Origin: Diadema antillarum
Lineage: Eukaryota
Reading direction: 5' to 3'
DNA length: 64,000 nucleotides
Assembly (NCBI RefSeq): GCF_040938485.1
Contig: NW_027271365.1
Coordinates: 1,550,001-1,614,000, forward strand
A program made the translations under genes and the position numbers. Numbering within the stretch: position 1 is the first letter of the stretch; every line of letters starts with the position of its first letter. Below are positions 1-13,276 of the stretch, one piece after another. Under the pieces are notes generated by a model. That model was not told the DNA's origin. It did no database searches and saw only the letters and a program-made list of their open reading frames with translations.

Positions 1-1771
1 ATCTTTCTATCTTTCTGTCTCTCAACAGGAACACAGAGGTATTTATGAAGTGTGTTATATGAGGGATCTAAGGAATTTGAATGATGATAAAAAAGGGGAA
101 AATATGAAATGCATTATCTAAAGTTGTAATTTGAATATAAATTGGCCCATTTTCCAAACGATTTTGAAGAGAAATAACTATTCAAAAGACAAATGCCTCT
201 ATGCATCAATCTCTATCACTTTCACTGCTCAGACCCTCCCTCCATTCTGATAAAATTCACTTTCCCAAATATTCACCAAAAAATAATGAAACTGAGGTGG
301 TTTTCACACTGGTTGAGAAACATAACTGCAGTGCTCAATTATGATTATGCTTTTAGAATTATCGTCCCTACACAGACTCTGCAGTATTGATTGGAGGTGT
401 AGCTCCTTTCTGGGTACCCATTCAAATCCATTCACAACTTTTTGAGTTATTTTGCAAACAGACACAGGAATGCCGATAATCACATAACGTCCTCCTACCT
501 TGGGAGAGGAAATGATATCGTTTCCATCAATTTCCATATAAGTCTCACTTAGGTATTGGTAGATGCAAAATAAGTTTTGCCTTATAATGTGAATTGTCTG
601 CACAAACATACAAACATACACCCACATGCATGCACACCCATGTAAATACCAGTAGAGCCATTTGCTAGCAAAATTTTCACCTTTTTTATCTTTTTCTTTT
701 CATGAAAAAAGACTAACTGTGGCTGCTTACAAAATAAGTATTGTCCCGAGTATTCCTCTTGACCTTTTTTTTTTTTTTTTGGGGGGGGGGGTGGGGATAC
801 GGAAAGGTGGCTGCGGAAAGAACATGTGTACAGTAAAATTGATTCCATACAGAAAGGACTGATTATGTTTCAAGAGAATGTGTCATCTAAGGTTGAAAGC
901 ATTTTTGATGCCCGTTTATTAAAACCATTATGCTAAATGGCTCTGAAGTGGATAGCTTCTTTGTCAGGTTTTCGCTCAATTTGCAGATTGACAGCGAACA
1001 GTTTGGGCAACACGATCACACATTTGTGTCTGTTTTCTCCCACACAAATGGTTGCCAGGGTATTCACTGGTTTGGGGATTACATCATTTCATCTTTCATT
1101 AAGAAATAACACACTCATCTCCTTTGGGGGAAAGCTCCTCTCTCAATTTTGATTCCATCTTGACCCATCTCACTACATTTGCCGCCGGGAGGAATTTCGA
1201 GGGCTTTCACCCACTTATAATAAAACTTGCTTGTAAACATGTTTCTAAAAATGTTTCATGCCTATCAGTAATCTGTTTTTTTCTAGTTAGTCTGAATTCA
1301 AAACTGGAAACCATGTTTCTCCCACACATATTTCTAAAATGTAATTTGGCTGATTGTGGTCCAGAGGCATTCATTTTCTGATCAAATTTTGCTGGATTCT
1401 TGGCATTCATTTGCAATCCAAATGGTGTGACCATTGAAATTATGATTGAGAAGGGGGAACCAATTTTACAGACTCTGTAGTGTGGGGATGGAAGATTGGC
1501 ATGATTCGAATGATCGTCATTCGCTGCCCACTGGGGTACATTTGAAAAGCAGGCCCGCTAGAGTAGCATTGCCCATCAGCGAATATGTGCCTCAAAGTGA
1601 ACGCCAATCGGTAACATTTGACTTTAGTCATCATTTAATTCTTTGGCTGTGTCTGCACTTACATAGGGATCAGTAATAAAGCCGCACAAAATCATTACAG
1701 GAATTTCAAAATAAATTCAAGTTGGGCCAGCTTTCCCATTGCATGGTATCGCCACGCTACCGCATCTTTAA

Positions 1772-2338
1772 AGGGACGCAGTCCTCACGAAATTCAAAAA
1801 AATATGTTGTTGTTGGTACCTCCAATGAACTACTTTCATCAAAAACAAACTTTTAAATCACTAAATAAGCTTGTACATTTCGGTTAAAAAAGTGTGACTC
1901 TGCAAATGAGCAAGTCTTGGCGGAGAGTCATACGTCATCGATGCACAACTCTTTCCAGCGGTGTTCTGCTCGTCATCCCTAGTTATTTATAAATACATGT
2001 TTACTATTTATTTTCATATTAATTGTATATATAAATTAAGCTTGAAATATTTTGTTTGAAATAATAAAACCACATATTGTCACATTTTATGAAAAAATCA
2101 GATATGATCATTTTGAACACTTCAATTGGTTTTCTGAGGCACGGCTGTCAACTTGAGAGTAGGGCATCAATGACGTTGCACCTTTTGGCAGGCTCTTACA
2201 TGATCGCTTGCAGGAATTATTTTTAACAAATCACGTACGGAGACAATTTTTGATGTCCACGCGTATAAATTGGTGAAAGGTTATATTTTTTACTCTTCTT
2301 AATTATCAGTACAGTGAAAATCTCAGGACTGCTTCCCT
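1772..2338. mobile_element. Kolobok-type non-autonomous DNA transposon (MITE)
   Basis: TTAA on both sides (1768-1771, 2339-2342). TIRs AGGGACGCAGTCCT / AGGACTGCTTCCCT match at 13/14. TTAA TSD with 5'-AG termini is typical of Kolobok. Confidence 0.75.
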
Positions 2339-3393
2339 TTAACCATTTATCAGTATTCACTTATGCCATGTAGGTTGTGTAAGCAAAGTGCCTGCTCTTC
2401 TCTGCTATCAAGATCTGCGCTTTTTGATGGACGGGCTGTGGCATTTGTGACACAGCTGTCATATGAAATATCATTCCCTGTTTAGCGATTAGTAAGCAGA
2501 TTCATTCCTGCGTTTGAATAATCAGTAAGTACTCTGAACACAATACAAAGTAAAAAAAAAAAGCTTCAGAAATGGGTTAACAAACGAGTTTTGCAGAGGT
2601 GTAAAAGCCCTACTCCTATCTCTCAAAACCTCATTGACATCTTTTCTGCAGACGCTCAAAACTAGCATCTGCATGGCTAGATTATCAATTTCTTTATGGG
2701 CTTAGCACATGGACATTTAAAGTCCAGCTAACTCACAGTAAAGACATCATCTAATCAAGCTTTTTTTTTTTTTCCCATAACAGCTAGAGATAAAGAAAAT
2801 CGACCAGTAGATAGAGCATACAAGAGAAAATTGTCATGTAATCAAATTGCCTGCCCATTTAATTAAGTTATAGCTCAACTGAAAGTGCCTTAATATAAAT
2901 CTAACACTGAATGTTTTCCATTGACAGGCAGCCACAGAAAACTTACTGAATAATCAATTTACATTGTGCTCTGAAATAACAAAATTTCTCTTTTTCCCTT
3001 CCATTTTCCAAGCTTTAATTACTTTGTTCCATTTTGTTGTTGTTGTAAGTGCGGTCCCGTTAAACAGTAATGGGACAGATGCTGAAAGACTGGATGCATT
3101 TTACATGTCTAGTGGCAGTGGAAGAAAAGGTAGAAAGCAGAACAAGGTGATTTCAGCAAAATCCACGGATTCAATTTAGTTCATGGACTGAAATAAGCAT
3201 GAAGTTAGTACACCTTACAGGTGTGTGTCACACCTGGCTGTAAGGTGACAGCACGCATGTCAGCATGTCTTCAGTATTATGTCTGTTTGTGTATGAAGTA
3301 ATGTATCACACACATCACACGGTGAAGAGGTGCATTTTCTATGATCTGGCTCCACTGTAAATCCAAGCCAAAATCTCTTGATTCAGGAGTTTA

Positions 3394-3598
3394 CTGTAAA
3401 ACGAGGAATGTTTGCATGCATTTTAATTTCGCGAATTTCACGAGAGCCAAGATTTGCAAAATTAAAATGCACGCGAAAGTTCTTGTCTACACTATATGCA
3501 TTGAATGTTAAAGGCAACTCGCGAAAATTTCATGCCACGAAAAAGGCCGTCGGCTCCAATTTGCGAAAAATTTCATGCCGCAAAAATATGTTTTACAG
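3394..3598. mobile_element. TA-flanked MITE (Tc1/mariner/pogo-like, CTGTA...TACAG ends)
   Basis: TA|CTGTAAAAC ... GTTTTACAG|TA, with internal repeated CGCGAAA/TTTCGCG motifs. Confidence 0.75.
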
Positions 3599-5846
3599 TA
3601 ATACAGAGAAGTTACACCTGAGCTGCCATACTCTGATTAATAAACACACCAATGCACCATACAAATAACCAACCAAAAAATAAACAAACAAAAACAAAAC
3701 AAAACAAAGCTCCCACACACCCCTAAACAAAGGCGCTTCTCAAGGGCAAATATCATAATTAGGTTAAAATGTGGGAAAAATCAAAGACACTAAGCATGCT
3801 AAATCAAATTTCAGAAACTTCCCTCCTGGACATAAAAAATTGCAATGTCTTTTAAAAGATATACTACTCGGTGGCATTGCAGATTGTACATTCACCTCTC
3901 CTCCCACGCCCCATCCCAAACATAAACAGAAAAATCCTCCCCTAGCCTCCTGGCCCTGCCAATCAAATCATCCCTTTCATAGATGGTCTATGAAACCAGC
4001 TGACCCTCAGTGACACGTTCCGTCTTGGCCATGCCGTTCTCAGGAGGCCAGGTTTCTGGCACGGACGAAAAATAATCGGGCGGTAATCGTGTTAGTCCCA
4101 CCAACCAATGTCCCATGTAACCTGATTACCTCGCACTCGCTTGTATCTTATGATAAATGTTCACCTGCCTTGTTGTTGTTTTCCTCCTTTTTTTTTAACA
4201 AAAAGAAGTTATTGTGTAGTCTTTGTTCAAGACTTGAAAATTTCTCTTTAAACCATTGTTGTCATTATAGTATCATCTTCTCGCATACAAATTGCAGGCA
4301 AATACTTAGTTATGGCTATGATATGAGTAATATCATAAAATGCCTGTAGTCGAGCTGATTCCTAAGATTTAGTGATGTCTTCATTTGACGGCAATTAAGA
4401 AATTGGACTGTGGATTTCCCGCAAACACATACTTTGGATACGCCTTTCCAATATCATACTGGAGAAATTGCACTGTGGGTTCACAAGGAGTCGACCTCAT
4501 CAAATCACTGTGCAGTCATTTACCCTGCGTCAAATGCCAGTGCTTCACGACCTCTGTTGGTTGACGCTGCGCCGCAAAATGCCAATCTGCCGGGCAATTT
4601 TCGCAAGGTGCACGTGATATGAGATCGCAAGTCGGAGTGTCACTTCCAGGCAAAAATATATTGACTACCCCTGGTAGACAATCACAGGCTACAAAATAAC
4701 TTTGCTGATGTTGGAACTCGGTAGCAAGCATTACGTGCCTACCTCGCAAGTTTTTGCCAGTCCCCTGTGTTGGCATTTCATGTGATCAGTCAATATGTGC
4801 AGAGTGCTAACAGCGTGGCCGGAGTTGCATTGATCCTGCTAACTTAGGCAATCCAATCGAGTGTGGTGGTGGGGGGGGGGGGGGAAGAGAGCAAGCAAGA
4901 AAGTGATAAATATCATTGCGCAGAACACTCCTGACTATCCAGGCTCTTTGTAGATGCCAAACAATCATTTTGATACATTAATTGCAGCATACCAGTATAG
5001 ATGACATGCAAAGTATGTGCCACTACGGTGGGTTTGGAATCATACTTCAATGTCCATCATGTAAGTGTGTTTGCAGTGACTACAGCAGAGCAGGTGCATT
5101 AATGACACTTACATCAATTAAATATGTTCTACAATTGATGTTTGATGCCACCAGTCACTACCAAAGTTTTACATACTTAAAAGGATTGTATACAGTAGTT
5201 AGAGAACAAAACAACTAAATGAAACATCTTAGAGAATTCACTCCCCCCCCCCCCCCCCCACCCAGCACCTTCTCTTGTTTATGATCCATACATATACCAA
5301 AAAACCTTTCTTTTAATTAGCTATGTGTTGAGTGAGCACAGTCTCGGTACCTTTGTTTGTTTGTTTGTTTGTTTTTGCCAAAAAAACAACCACCATCCCT
5401 TTCCCAACAACAGTGATTGCATCATCACTGTGTTGTCCTATATTATGTGACAAGTGATATTGTAAAGCCACAGTAATATTGTTACAAGTGCAATTTTGCT
5501 ATGACCAGCAATAGAAGGCACAACCTATATTATCCGAGCTGCATGAAATCCCAGGAACAAATCTTACACTGTAGACAAAACAATGCCAACAACAAGAACA
5601 ACAAAGATGCTCCTGGATAGAAAATTTGAGGAACAACTAGACACCACGATGCCTCCGGCAGTCTCGGGAGCAAAGGGGGCGTGGAGAAAGAGGGTAATGT
5701 GCATCCCCCGTATCCCGTGTCTCAGACTTAGGTTGTCACTGATCATCAACCTCTTTGTGTTCCAGCACACAGTGAACATGATTTGGGGAGGGGAAGCATG
5801 GAGTCTTGATGAGGATATAATATTTATTTATTTATGTTTTCTTTAA

Positions 5847-6234
5847 AGGGTGTGTACAGTTCTGGTTGAGGTGAGGATTTAGCTTTTAATGTTTTGCGAG
5901 ATATTAAGAAACCACTCTATGAGATGTCAAAAAGCATGCAATTCTAAGGGGTATCAAAAGTTTATTTGATGAAAATCGGTATTGAAATGGCTGAGATATC
6001 CAAAAACAAGGTGAAACAAAGATATCCTAATAAAAGGCGTGGCCTGTCGCCTTTTATTATTGTCACTTTTTTGGATATCTCAGTCTTTTGAAAACCAATT
6101 TTCATCAAATAAATGTAGAATCCTTCTTAAAATTACATGCTCTTTCATATTTCATATATAACAGGTTTCTCATTATCTAACTTAGGAATGTTCAAAACAT
6201 GAATCCCCACCTCAACCAGTACTGTACAGTCACT
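5847..6234. mobile_element. Kolobok-type MITE (family also at 10792 and ~37005)
   Basis: TTAA flanks (5843-5846, 6235-6238). ~31-bp imperfect TIRs AGGGTGTGTACAGTTCTGGTTGAGGTGAGGA / TCCCCACCTCAACCAGTACTGTACAGTCACT. Internal inverted motif GCTGAGATATCCAAAA / TTTTGGATATCTCAG. Confidence 0.8.
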
Positions 6235-7391
6235 TTAAAAGCAGGGTTGTTCCATTCAGAGCCACAATGGCCTGCTTTGCAAATAAAAGATAACAAAGAA
6301 ACTCTCTTACTTCAGGAAGAAGTGAAACATGAGCGTTCTCTCAATTGAGGAAGAAAAAGCAACAAAAACAGGAGGTCTTGCTACCCATGGATCATTCTCC
6401 ATCTAAGGAAGACAAGAAAGGTAAAACAACCAAAACCAGTCCCTAACTTGAGGAAGTAAAGAGCAACAAAACCAACAGGCCCCTCTAGCTAGGGAAGAAA
6501 ACAAGAAATGAACACAACAAATCCTCCACTTTAGAGAGAAAGGAGAAACAGAAACAACAACAAAAACAACTAATTTCCCCCTCTCCCATCCCCCCTTCCT
6601 TTTTTCACTGCCCAAGAAATGTACAATCACACAAAGTGCACAGCCACTTTCTAAAGTGTGCCTCCACAAAATGGGACATGAATAAGCAATTGGTGTACAT
6701 CTGGGTTCTTACTCAGTGTGACGAAAGCCGGAAAGAGAAGTGGGCTAATCAAGGGGAAGAAAAGGGGTACCACGGAAAGACTCTCTGGGGGACGTTCAAA
6801 CGAGGCACGATGCTGAAGAATCATGTTAAGGGCTGACATATAGGAATGAAATATTTGCACAGTGTTGACAATTCATTCAAATGTGGGAAATTCAGTAGTA
6901 GATGGAGATTAACAAGAGGCTGTCTGCACCAGCGACAAAAAAGCACTGTTGATTATAATTCTTTCCCTTTCTGTCTGTTTTCTTTATAAAAAAAATTGTT
7001 CAGATGGCTGATGACATCAGTTCAACACTCCATTTCATGCAACCTGTCGGTGAACAATGTCAATAGCATTGAGAGCTTGAGGTAATAAGAGGGATAATTT
7101 CACTGTCCCCAAGGGCAATATACTGGAATAAGTTCACTGTTGTCCTCCAAGGGTAACAGACTGGAATAAGCTCACAGAGAAAGTTTGTCTTTGGCATATA
7201 CTGAATTCTGTGCTGGAACCTTCAACGAAAAAAACAAAAACACACACACAAAGCATTTCAATATTTCCATCTCTGACAGTTCATGAACTTGTCTGACACA
7301 CAACCCTTATCGTCTCTCATCCCCATCCCCAAACTACAGAGTTGCTTTTCTGCCATTAGGGCATCAATGTTTTATATAGTCACTGATAGGG

Positions 7392-7816
7392 TGTTCAGAT
7401 GCAAAAGAATTGATACTAGAACGGTATAGCTATACCAAAACGGTACGGCTATACGATGAATTTAAACGTCTGAACACTGACTATCGAAATGACGTATAGC
7501 GAAACGACGGTCAGAGCATCGTTTCGAACTAGAACTCGATAACAAATCAGCATTCCATCGTGCCATTGAGCGTCTGAACGTATGGCAACCATAGATCGGT
7601 ATAACTGGGCTGGGCTTAATGGGAGCGAGCAGGAAAGGTGACCTTGTACCTGTCACTCATGACCATAACAGCATGTGCAGTGAGAAACTGCACATCTATA
7701 CAACTTTTTTCCGGAATGGTCAAAATTAGTGTCTGAACGGTCTTTCGGCTATTCGATAATTCTTTGCACGTCGTTTCTTTATCGAGTTTTGGTATAAACT
7801 GTCTTGCATCTGAACA
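7392..7816. mobile_element. Probable MITE with imperfect TIRs
   Basis: TGTTCAGATGCAA (7392-7404) and TTGCATCTGAACA (7804-7816) are inverted. Similarity extends imperfectly for ~35 bp (TATACCAAAAC motif). No clear TSD. Confidence 0.5.
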
Positions 7817-8056
7817 GAGGGTGATGTGCCTTGATAACTGATTGACTGAAATGAGACAATTGTTGAAATCACAATATTCAGCACAAGATTAACATGCCAT
7901 CTTTGCAACAGAATTAAGACAGAGAAAAAGCCCCTAGAAATCACTTCTTCATTTAAAATGTGTTTTATTTGATAATAAATCAAATTTCTAAAACAAAAAT
8001 TTTGATTTTCATTAGCACCAGAGCCTAACCCTTCAAAAAAAGAAGAAGAAGAAGAA

Positions 8057-9066
8057 AACTAGACATATCGCTACAGCTACTGATATGCCTCCGCCATAAT
8101 GCATGGTTCTCCTAATAGGTCTATAGTACAATGTCTTGACAATGTGTGATGACAGTTTCACACAACTGGCAAAATATTAAAAGGACAGGTTTGACACAAA
8201 TGTGCTGAATGTTCACTTTCCTAGAACTAGGTTCAATTGGATGAATGATTAAAATGTCAGAGTGCAGGTATTTGGGGAACTGATGATTTTTACTTCACTT
8301 TTGACCCTTTTATAAGTTTATGCATTGAGTAATTTTCAAGGTATTGAGGAAAAGTATAATTTCAGTATCAAATGGGAAAATAGCATTATCTAAACCTGGC
8401 CTTTGACCTTTGACCTCACAGTTCCAAAGAGAATCACTGTTAGGTTGAACATGCATAAATATGTCAGTTTCATGATGATACCTGGAGTTACTTTCGAGAT
8501 ATGGAGGAAAAAGTGCAATTTAGCACTTTCACTTGACCTTTGACCTTTGACCTTTTGGCAAGAAACTTCCCCAAAAATATATAATGAGTAATACATGCCA
8601 TACATCAAGTTAAAAAAAAAAAAAAAACCTTCAGGCATATTGCATTCTAAGGAAAGTAGTGATATTTTGAGGAGTTGACCTTGACCTTTGACCCCCTGAC
8701 CTTTGACCCACGACCCCAACTTCCCTATATAATCACTGCCCATCAGTACAAGCATATATACTAAGTTCCATGAAGATACCTTGAACCATTTGCGAGATAT
8801 GGAGAAAAACATGAAATTTCAAATTTTTTTTCACAAAATAACCTGTGACCTTTGACCTTTGACCCTGTGACCCTAAAATCCACACAAAGTATTATCCCCC
8901 AAGGATATACCCTCATACCAAGTTTGATGTAAAACCACCACACAGTTCTTGAGATATCGACAAAAACAAAACGGGACGGACGGACGTACGGACGTACGGA
9001 CGGACGGACGGACGGACGACCCGAAAACATAATGCCTCCGGCCACTTCGTTGCGGAGGCATAAAAA
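8057..9066 (+). mobile_element. Helentron-associated non-autonomous element (HINE/DINE-1-like)
   Basis: 5' ATGCCTCCG motif (~8085); 3' hairpin ATGCCTCCG-12nt-CGGAGGCAT (9032-9061) followed by an A-run; (ACGG)n microsatellite ~8973-9018; many TGACCTTTGACC motifs. Confidence 0.7.
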
Positions 9067-10791
9067 GAAGGTGTGCCTCTAGGAGTACGAAACACCTTTC
9101 TTTACCAATAAGTGTGACTAACATCAGCTAAATGTGAAAGTGTTGCTAATGTAGGCCCTACCTAACGGTAATTTAATTCCTGGATATATCTTTCCCCTGA
9201 GGAACTGAGAAATATACTTTTCAACCTATAGTACTCAATTCATTGCAATGTCTGGAAACCAGTTCTGATGCATCAATCTTTGCTTTGTTGGGTAAACCCC
9301 AGCCAATGTTTTTGATTGTCAGAAACAATCTTTTGTTTGAAATGTAAGCATGAAATCTGAATATCTGAGTAAAACCAGTTTATTTCCCCACCAAATCCCT
9401 GAAAAAAAACAAAACAAAAACACACAAAACAAAACAAAAAACAAACAAACAGACGCAAACAAAGTCGTGGTGATTATGCAATTGATTCAGACATCTTTGG
9501 GAAATATTCAGATATTTAAAATCTTTTCATTGCTTGATTCCTGATTATCTTTGAAAAACAAAGGAGATGCATCCATGAATTTCTTTTAGTGAAACCAATC
9601 AACCCTGCTGCTACTTTATGATATCTGGAGATAAATAATTTTTGTTCTTCGACCAGCAGCCTACAAGAAAGTAGTGGGTATTAGACAAGGGATATAGGTA
9701 GATGTCGGAAAGATGAAAGGATTGGGTTGAATCATTTTCCTTCTTCTGATCCCCCCCCCCCCCCCACCCCTTTGAATTCAGTCTGTTCCTGGCATAGTTT
9801 TCCAACTCTTCTCTCCCTTAATATTCTCCACTGGTTCTCACATTTGTAAAACCATGTATGAGTTTTTGGGCTGCATTTATCTAAAAATTTTCTGAGGCAG
9901 AATCACCATCCTAAACTCATTTGAGGCATTTTCAGGGGTTGGATAATCACAACTGTGTTTTCAAATGCGTTTAGAAATGGCGCTTTGAAATGTCTTTCAA
10001 AGGGCGTTTTAAAACGCGTTTTAAACCACGATCGCTGTTCTGTGAGTAGATGAATGCAATGCTGTTTTAAAAACGTGTTTACATCTCAAGGTCAACTCTC
10101 AGCTGTTTCCGGTTGTGCTCTCTACCCATTATTTGTGTGTGACTGATAAGGTTATGTTTGCTGGTAAGCAGTTGACCTTTACTTCCCGAGTCGAACTGCG
10201 CAAAGTAGCTGCGCAGTGACAACACTCGAATCGTGATTATATGATGGTTACATAAATGCGGCACCCCCAGAATAGCATTTCAAACCATGAAACGTGATTC
10301 TCTCACTCAAGTTAGATAAACGCAGCCTTGGTCTGCCTTCTTTGCTACATCTCTCAAGACACTTCAGAGCATTTTGTGCATTTATTGACCTTATTGATTC
10401 TCCCTCTCTATCAAACTCTGGTCTCTTGCTCAACTCTCCTAAACTGCACTTTGCAAATTTCCTCTCTCTCTTTACTGCTCTTCTTTTTTTCTTTTTTTTG
10501 TACACTATAGATGAGTCACTATTCAGCTCCTACTCTTTCTAGAGTCTCTCTTTTAGCTCTTTGTTTGAAGGACGCAAGGAATCTTCATCAGGGTATGATC
10601 TCTCTCTTGCTTGTTTGTGGATTTATATTTTCATATCTCGTTGACCCTTTTGCTTTCTCATTTTTTGTCTGCCTTTCGAGTCTCTCTCTCTCTCTCTTTT
10701 TCTCTCTTCAGAAGCTGCATCCTTGAAGATATATTTCCTGGCATTCCTGTTGGATCTCTTCCTTGATTGCTATTGCTTGGAGATGGGTTAA

Positions 10792-11136
10792 AGGGATGGT
10801 ATAATTCCGGGTGAGATGGGGCTTCAGGTTTCCAACCTTTTTTAACGAGAAAATGAGAAACGTTTTTAATATGAAATCTTGAGCTTGCCATTCTAAAAGG
10901 AATCGAAAGTTTACTTGATGGAATTCGGTTTTGAAATGGCTGAGATATCCAAAAACAAAGAGGTCCTTATACTTTGTTCTGGGATATCTCAACCATTTCA
11001 AAACAGATTTTCATCACATGAACCTTGAATTCCTCTTAGAATTGTATGCTCTTTCGTATTTCATAAGTAGTTTCTAATTATCATGCAAAAAGTTCAAATC
11101 TGAATCCCTCGTTTCAACTAAAACTATACCATCCCT
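10792..11136. mobile_element. Kolobok-type MITE
   Basis: TTAA flanks (10788-10791, 11137-11140). Perfect 12-bp TIR AGGGATGGTATA / TATACCATCCCT. Internal similarity to 5847-6234. Confidence 0.8.
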
Positions 11137-12175
11137 TTAAAGCTACAGAGACCAGCCGAGTAAAGCATCACTCGCAATGCTCCGTGCAAAGGGAAGAGGG
11201 GGCTAGTGGGCTTTCTGTATGCGTCAGACTCTTTCCCCTAACCTCTCAATATCTCCACTTCCATTAGAATACCGATTAATCCCACTTCTGAATGCATCTA
11301 TCCTCTTCCCTCGTCTTGCTTGTTCTTCGTCATTCCAGTAAAATCGAGGCATTACCGTGTGTCACAACTCATCGGCGATTGATTCTTATGATACGCTATG
11401 AGATTATGATATGAAAGTGAACGATTCCCTTTATTTAGCCCAAAGTATTATTAAGTAAAAGGATCGGGCAAAGATGTGTGTTTTTTGAACTTCACTTGAA
11501 ATTAAAGGACCCCTGCTGCACCCATGAGAAAGCTACTCTTTCATCATGGATGGTTTCCAGGATGTGACTACTAACCCTGTCATGACTTTGGTCGAATGAT
11601 AATCACATTTTGGGGTGGGTGTCCTGTGGAGGTTAAACCTTTCTGTACTATAGACTTTTGGCTGGTGTGAACAAGGCTATGGGGTCTTTCGGACCAATCT
11701 GCTTTCAAAGCTCACAAAGGGTTAAAGTGTGTCGGCAGAAATGTTACATCCTTAAAAGCAGTTGGCTGTGATCCTCTCAACAAACCAGAATATTCTTTCT
11801 TCAGGTATTTTTTTTCCACATTTTTCTCCAATAATGGCTCTTTTCGATTATTCTCAGAGAAAGATACGTCAATACTAACACAGCAATTATTTCCCTCTAT
11901 GATCTTATGAATGAGACGATTGTACACTGTGCGGAAAAACTGTTATGAAAATGTATAGGAAGGTTATGTAACCATAATATCATATGTGGTGTGCTATGAT
12001 CACGTCTGGACAATTACTCATTCTCTATAGTTGACACTATGGATGCCCTTATCAAAAATTTGAAAAATAAGCAAAAACATAATGCTACAAACGTGACGTA
12101 AAGCACAACGTGAACAAAAGATTGACTCAAGCACTAGCATAAAAAAGAACAATGCACATGGATGAAATATGTGTA

Positions 12176-12625
12176 CAGTTGAACCTCTCTTATCCGGCCT
12201 CCCTTTATTCAGATCTCTCTATTATACGGACGCAATGTCGCCGCAAATTTTTATTTTTTTTAAAAATAATTACGGGAGGAAAGGGGGATTCCCAACTCCT
12301 TGAGAACTCCTACACAAACACACATGAATTACATATACTTGATACATTTCTTAATAATTATTTAGGTAAATCATCCCAAGAATTTATAAAAGAAAATGAT
12401 TTCATTCTTGCAAACACGAAGCTCTATTTTGGGGTCTGTTACTGAGTGTAACAATGAAAAGGTTGCAGTATGCATACACATTACTACATGTGGTACTACA
12501 ATGGGCTACATCAGTACATGTGTACGTATGTACATGTATAAAGCATTGACTCTCCCGTATCCGGCCAAATCCCTTATCCAGATGAGCCCCAGTCCCGACT
12601 TGTCCGGATACGAGAGGTTCAACTG
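12176..12625. mobile_element. pogo/Tigger-like MITE
   Basis: TA|CAGTTGAACCTCTCTTATCCGG ... CCGGATACGAGAGGTTCAACTG; ~22-bp TIR with 2 mismatches. The right TSD is imperfect (TT). Confidence 0.75.
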
Positions 12626-12724
12626 TTATATACATTGGTGTGTTTGAATTGCAGATATGTAGAATATGAAATTATGTGACATTGTACATCAGGATTAGAG
12701 CCAAAATTTCAAAGAGTGGACTTA

Positions 12725-13276
12725 GACCCCGTTTACAGTGCGGGGCCGAGCCCGACCTCAATTGCGCGGCCAAGCCTCCCAATTTTATCCATTTACACTG
12801 CTGGGCTCGGCCGCGCTTTTGATTCAAACCTTTCATTATTTGGTCATAGTGGCGCTCTACTTGTAAACTAACGCAATTTGGTATTGTCTGGTTTTCAGAC
12901 CCTTTGCCAAATGAATTCTGTGGCGACGAAGTCGCCGTTCGGGCAAAGGCCTTTGCCGAAGGAAAAAATCCTTTGCAGGACAAAACCACCTTAAACTATA
13001 CAAGTTTTCGATGCTGAGGGGGTTAATATCCTGAATAGCTAAATAGTACAGGCAGAGGGTTTGGCAGCCAGACTAAAATTGGCTGCGCATTTGGCCCAGT
13101 TTGCGTTTACACCGAGAAAAGGCCGGGCTCGGCCGCGGCCGAGCCGTGGCCGAGACCACCTCCAGAGCGAGGCCAAATGCGAGGCCAATTTTGGCCTTGC
13201 ATTTGGCCTTTTGCACGTTTACACTGAAGCGGGGCTGGGCTTGACCGCAGCCGAGCCTCGCACTGTAAACGGGGTC
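12725..13276. mobile_element. PIF/Harbinger-like MITE
   Basis: Perfect 18-bp TIR GACCCCGTTTACAGTGCG / CGCACTGTAAACGGGGTC. TTA on the left and AAA on the right (TWA-type TSD, one mismatch). GC-rich internal GGCCGAGCC and TTTACAC repeats. Confidence 0.75.

Noticed and set aside
304-627. 107-aa minus-strand ORF and the neighbouring 937-1676 ORFs
   Set aside because: No domain was recognised and the reading frames are inconsistent; this may be UTR or intron.
7585-7625. IGITGLGLMG, resembling a Rossmann NAD-binding motif
   Set aside because: It lies inside a probable MITE, is preceded by an in-frame stop, has no splice context and has no downstream dehydrogenase similarity.
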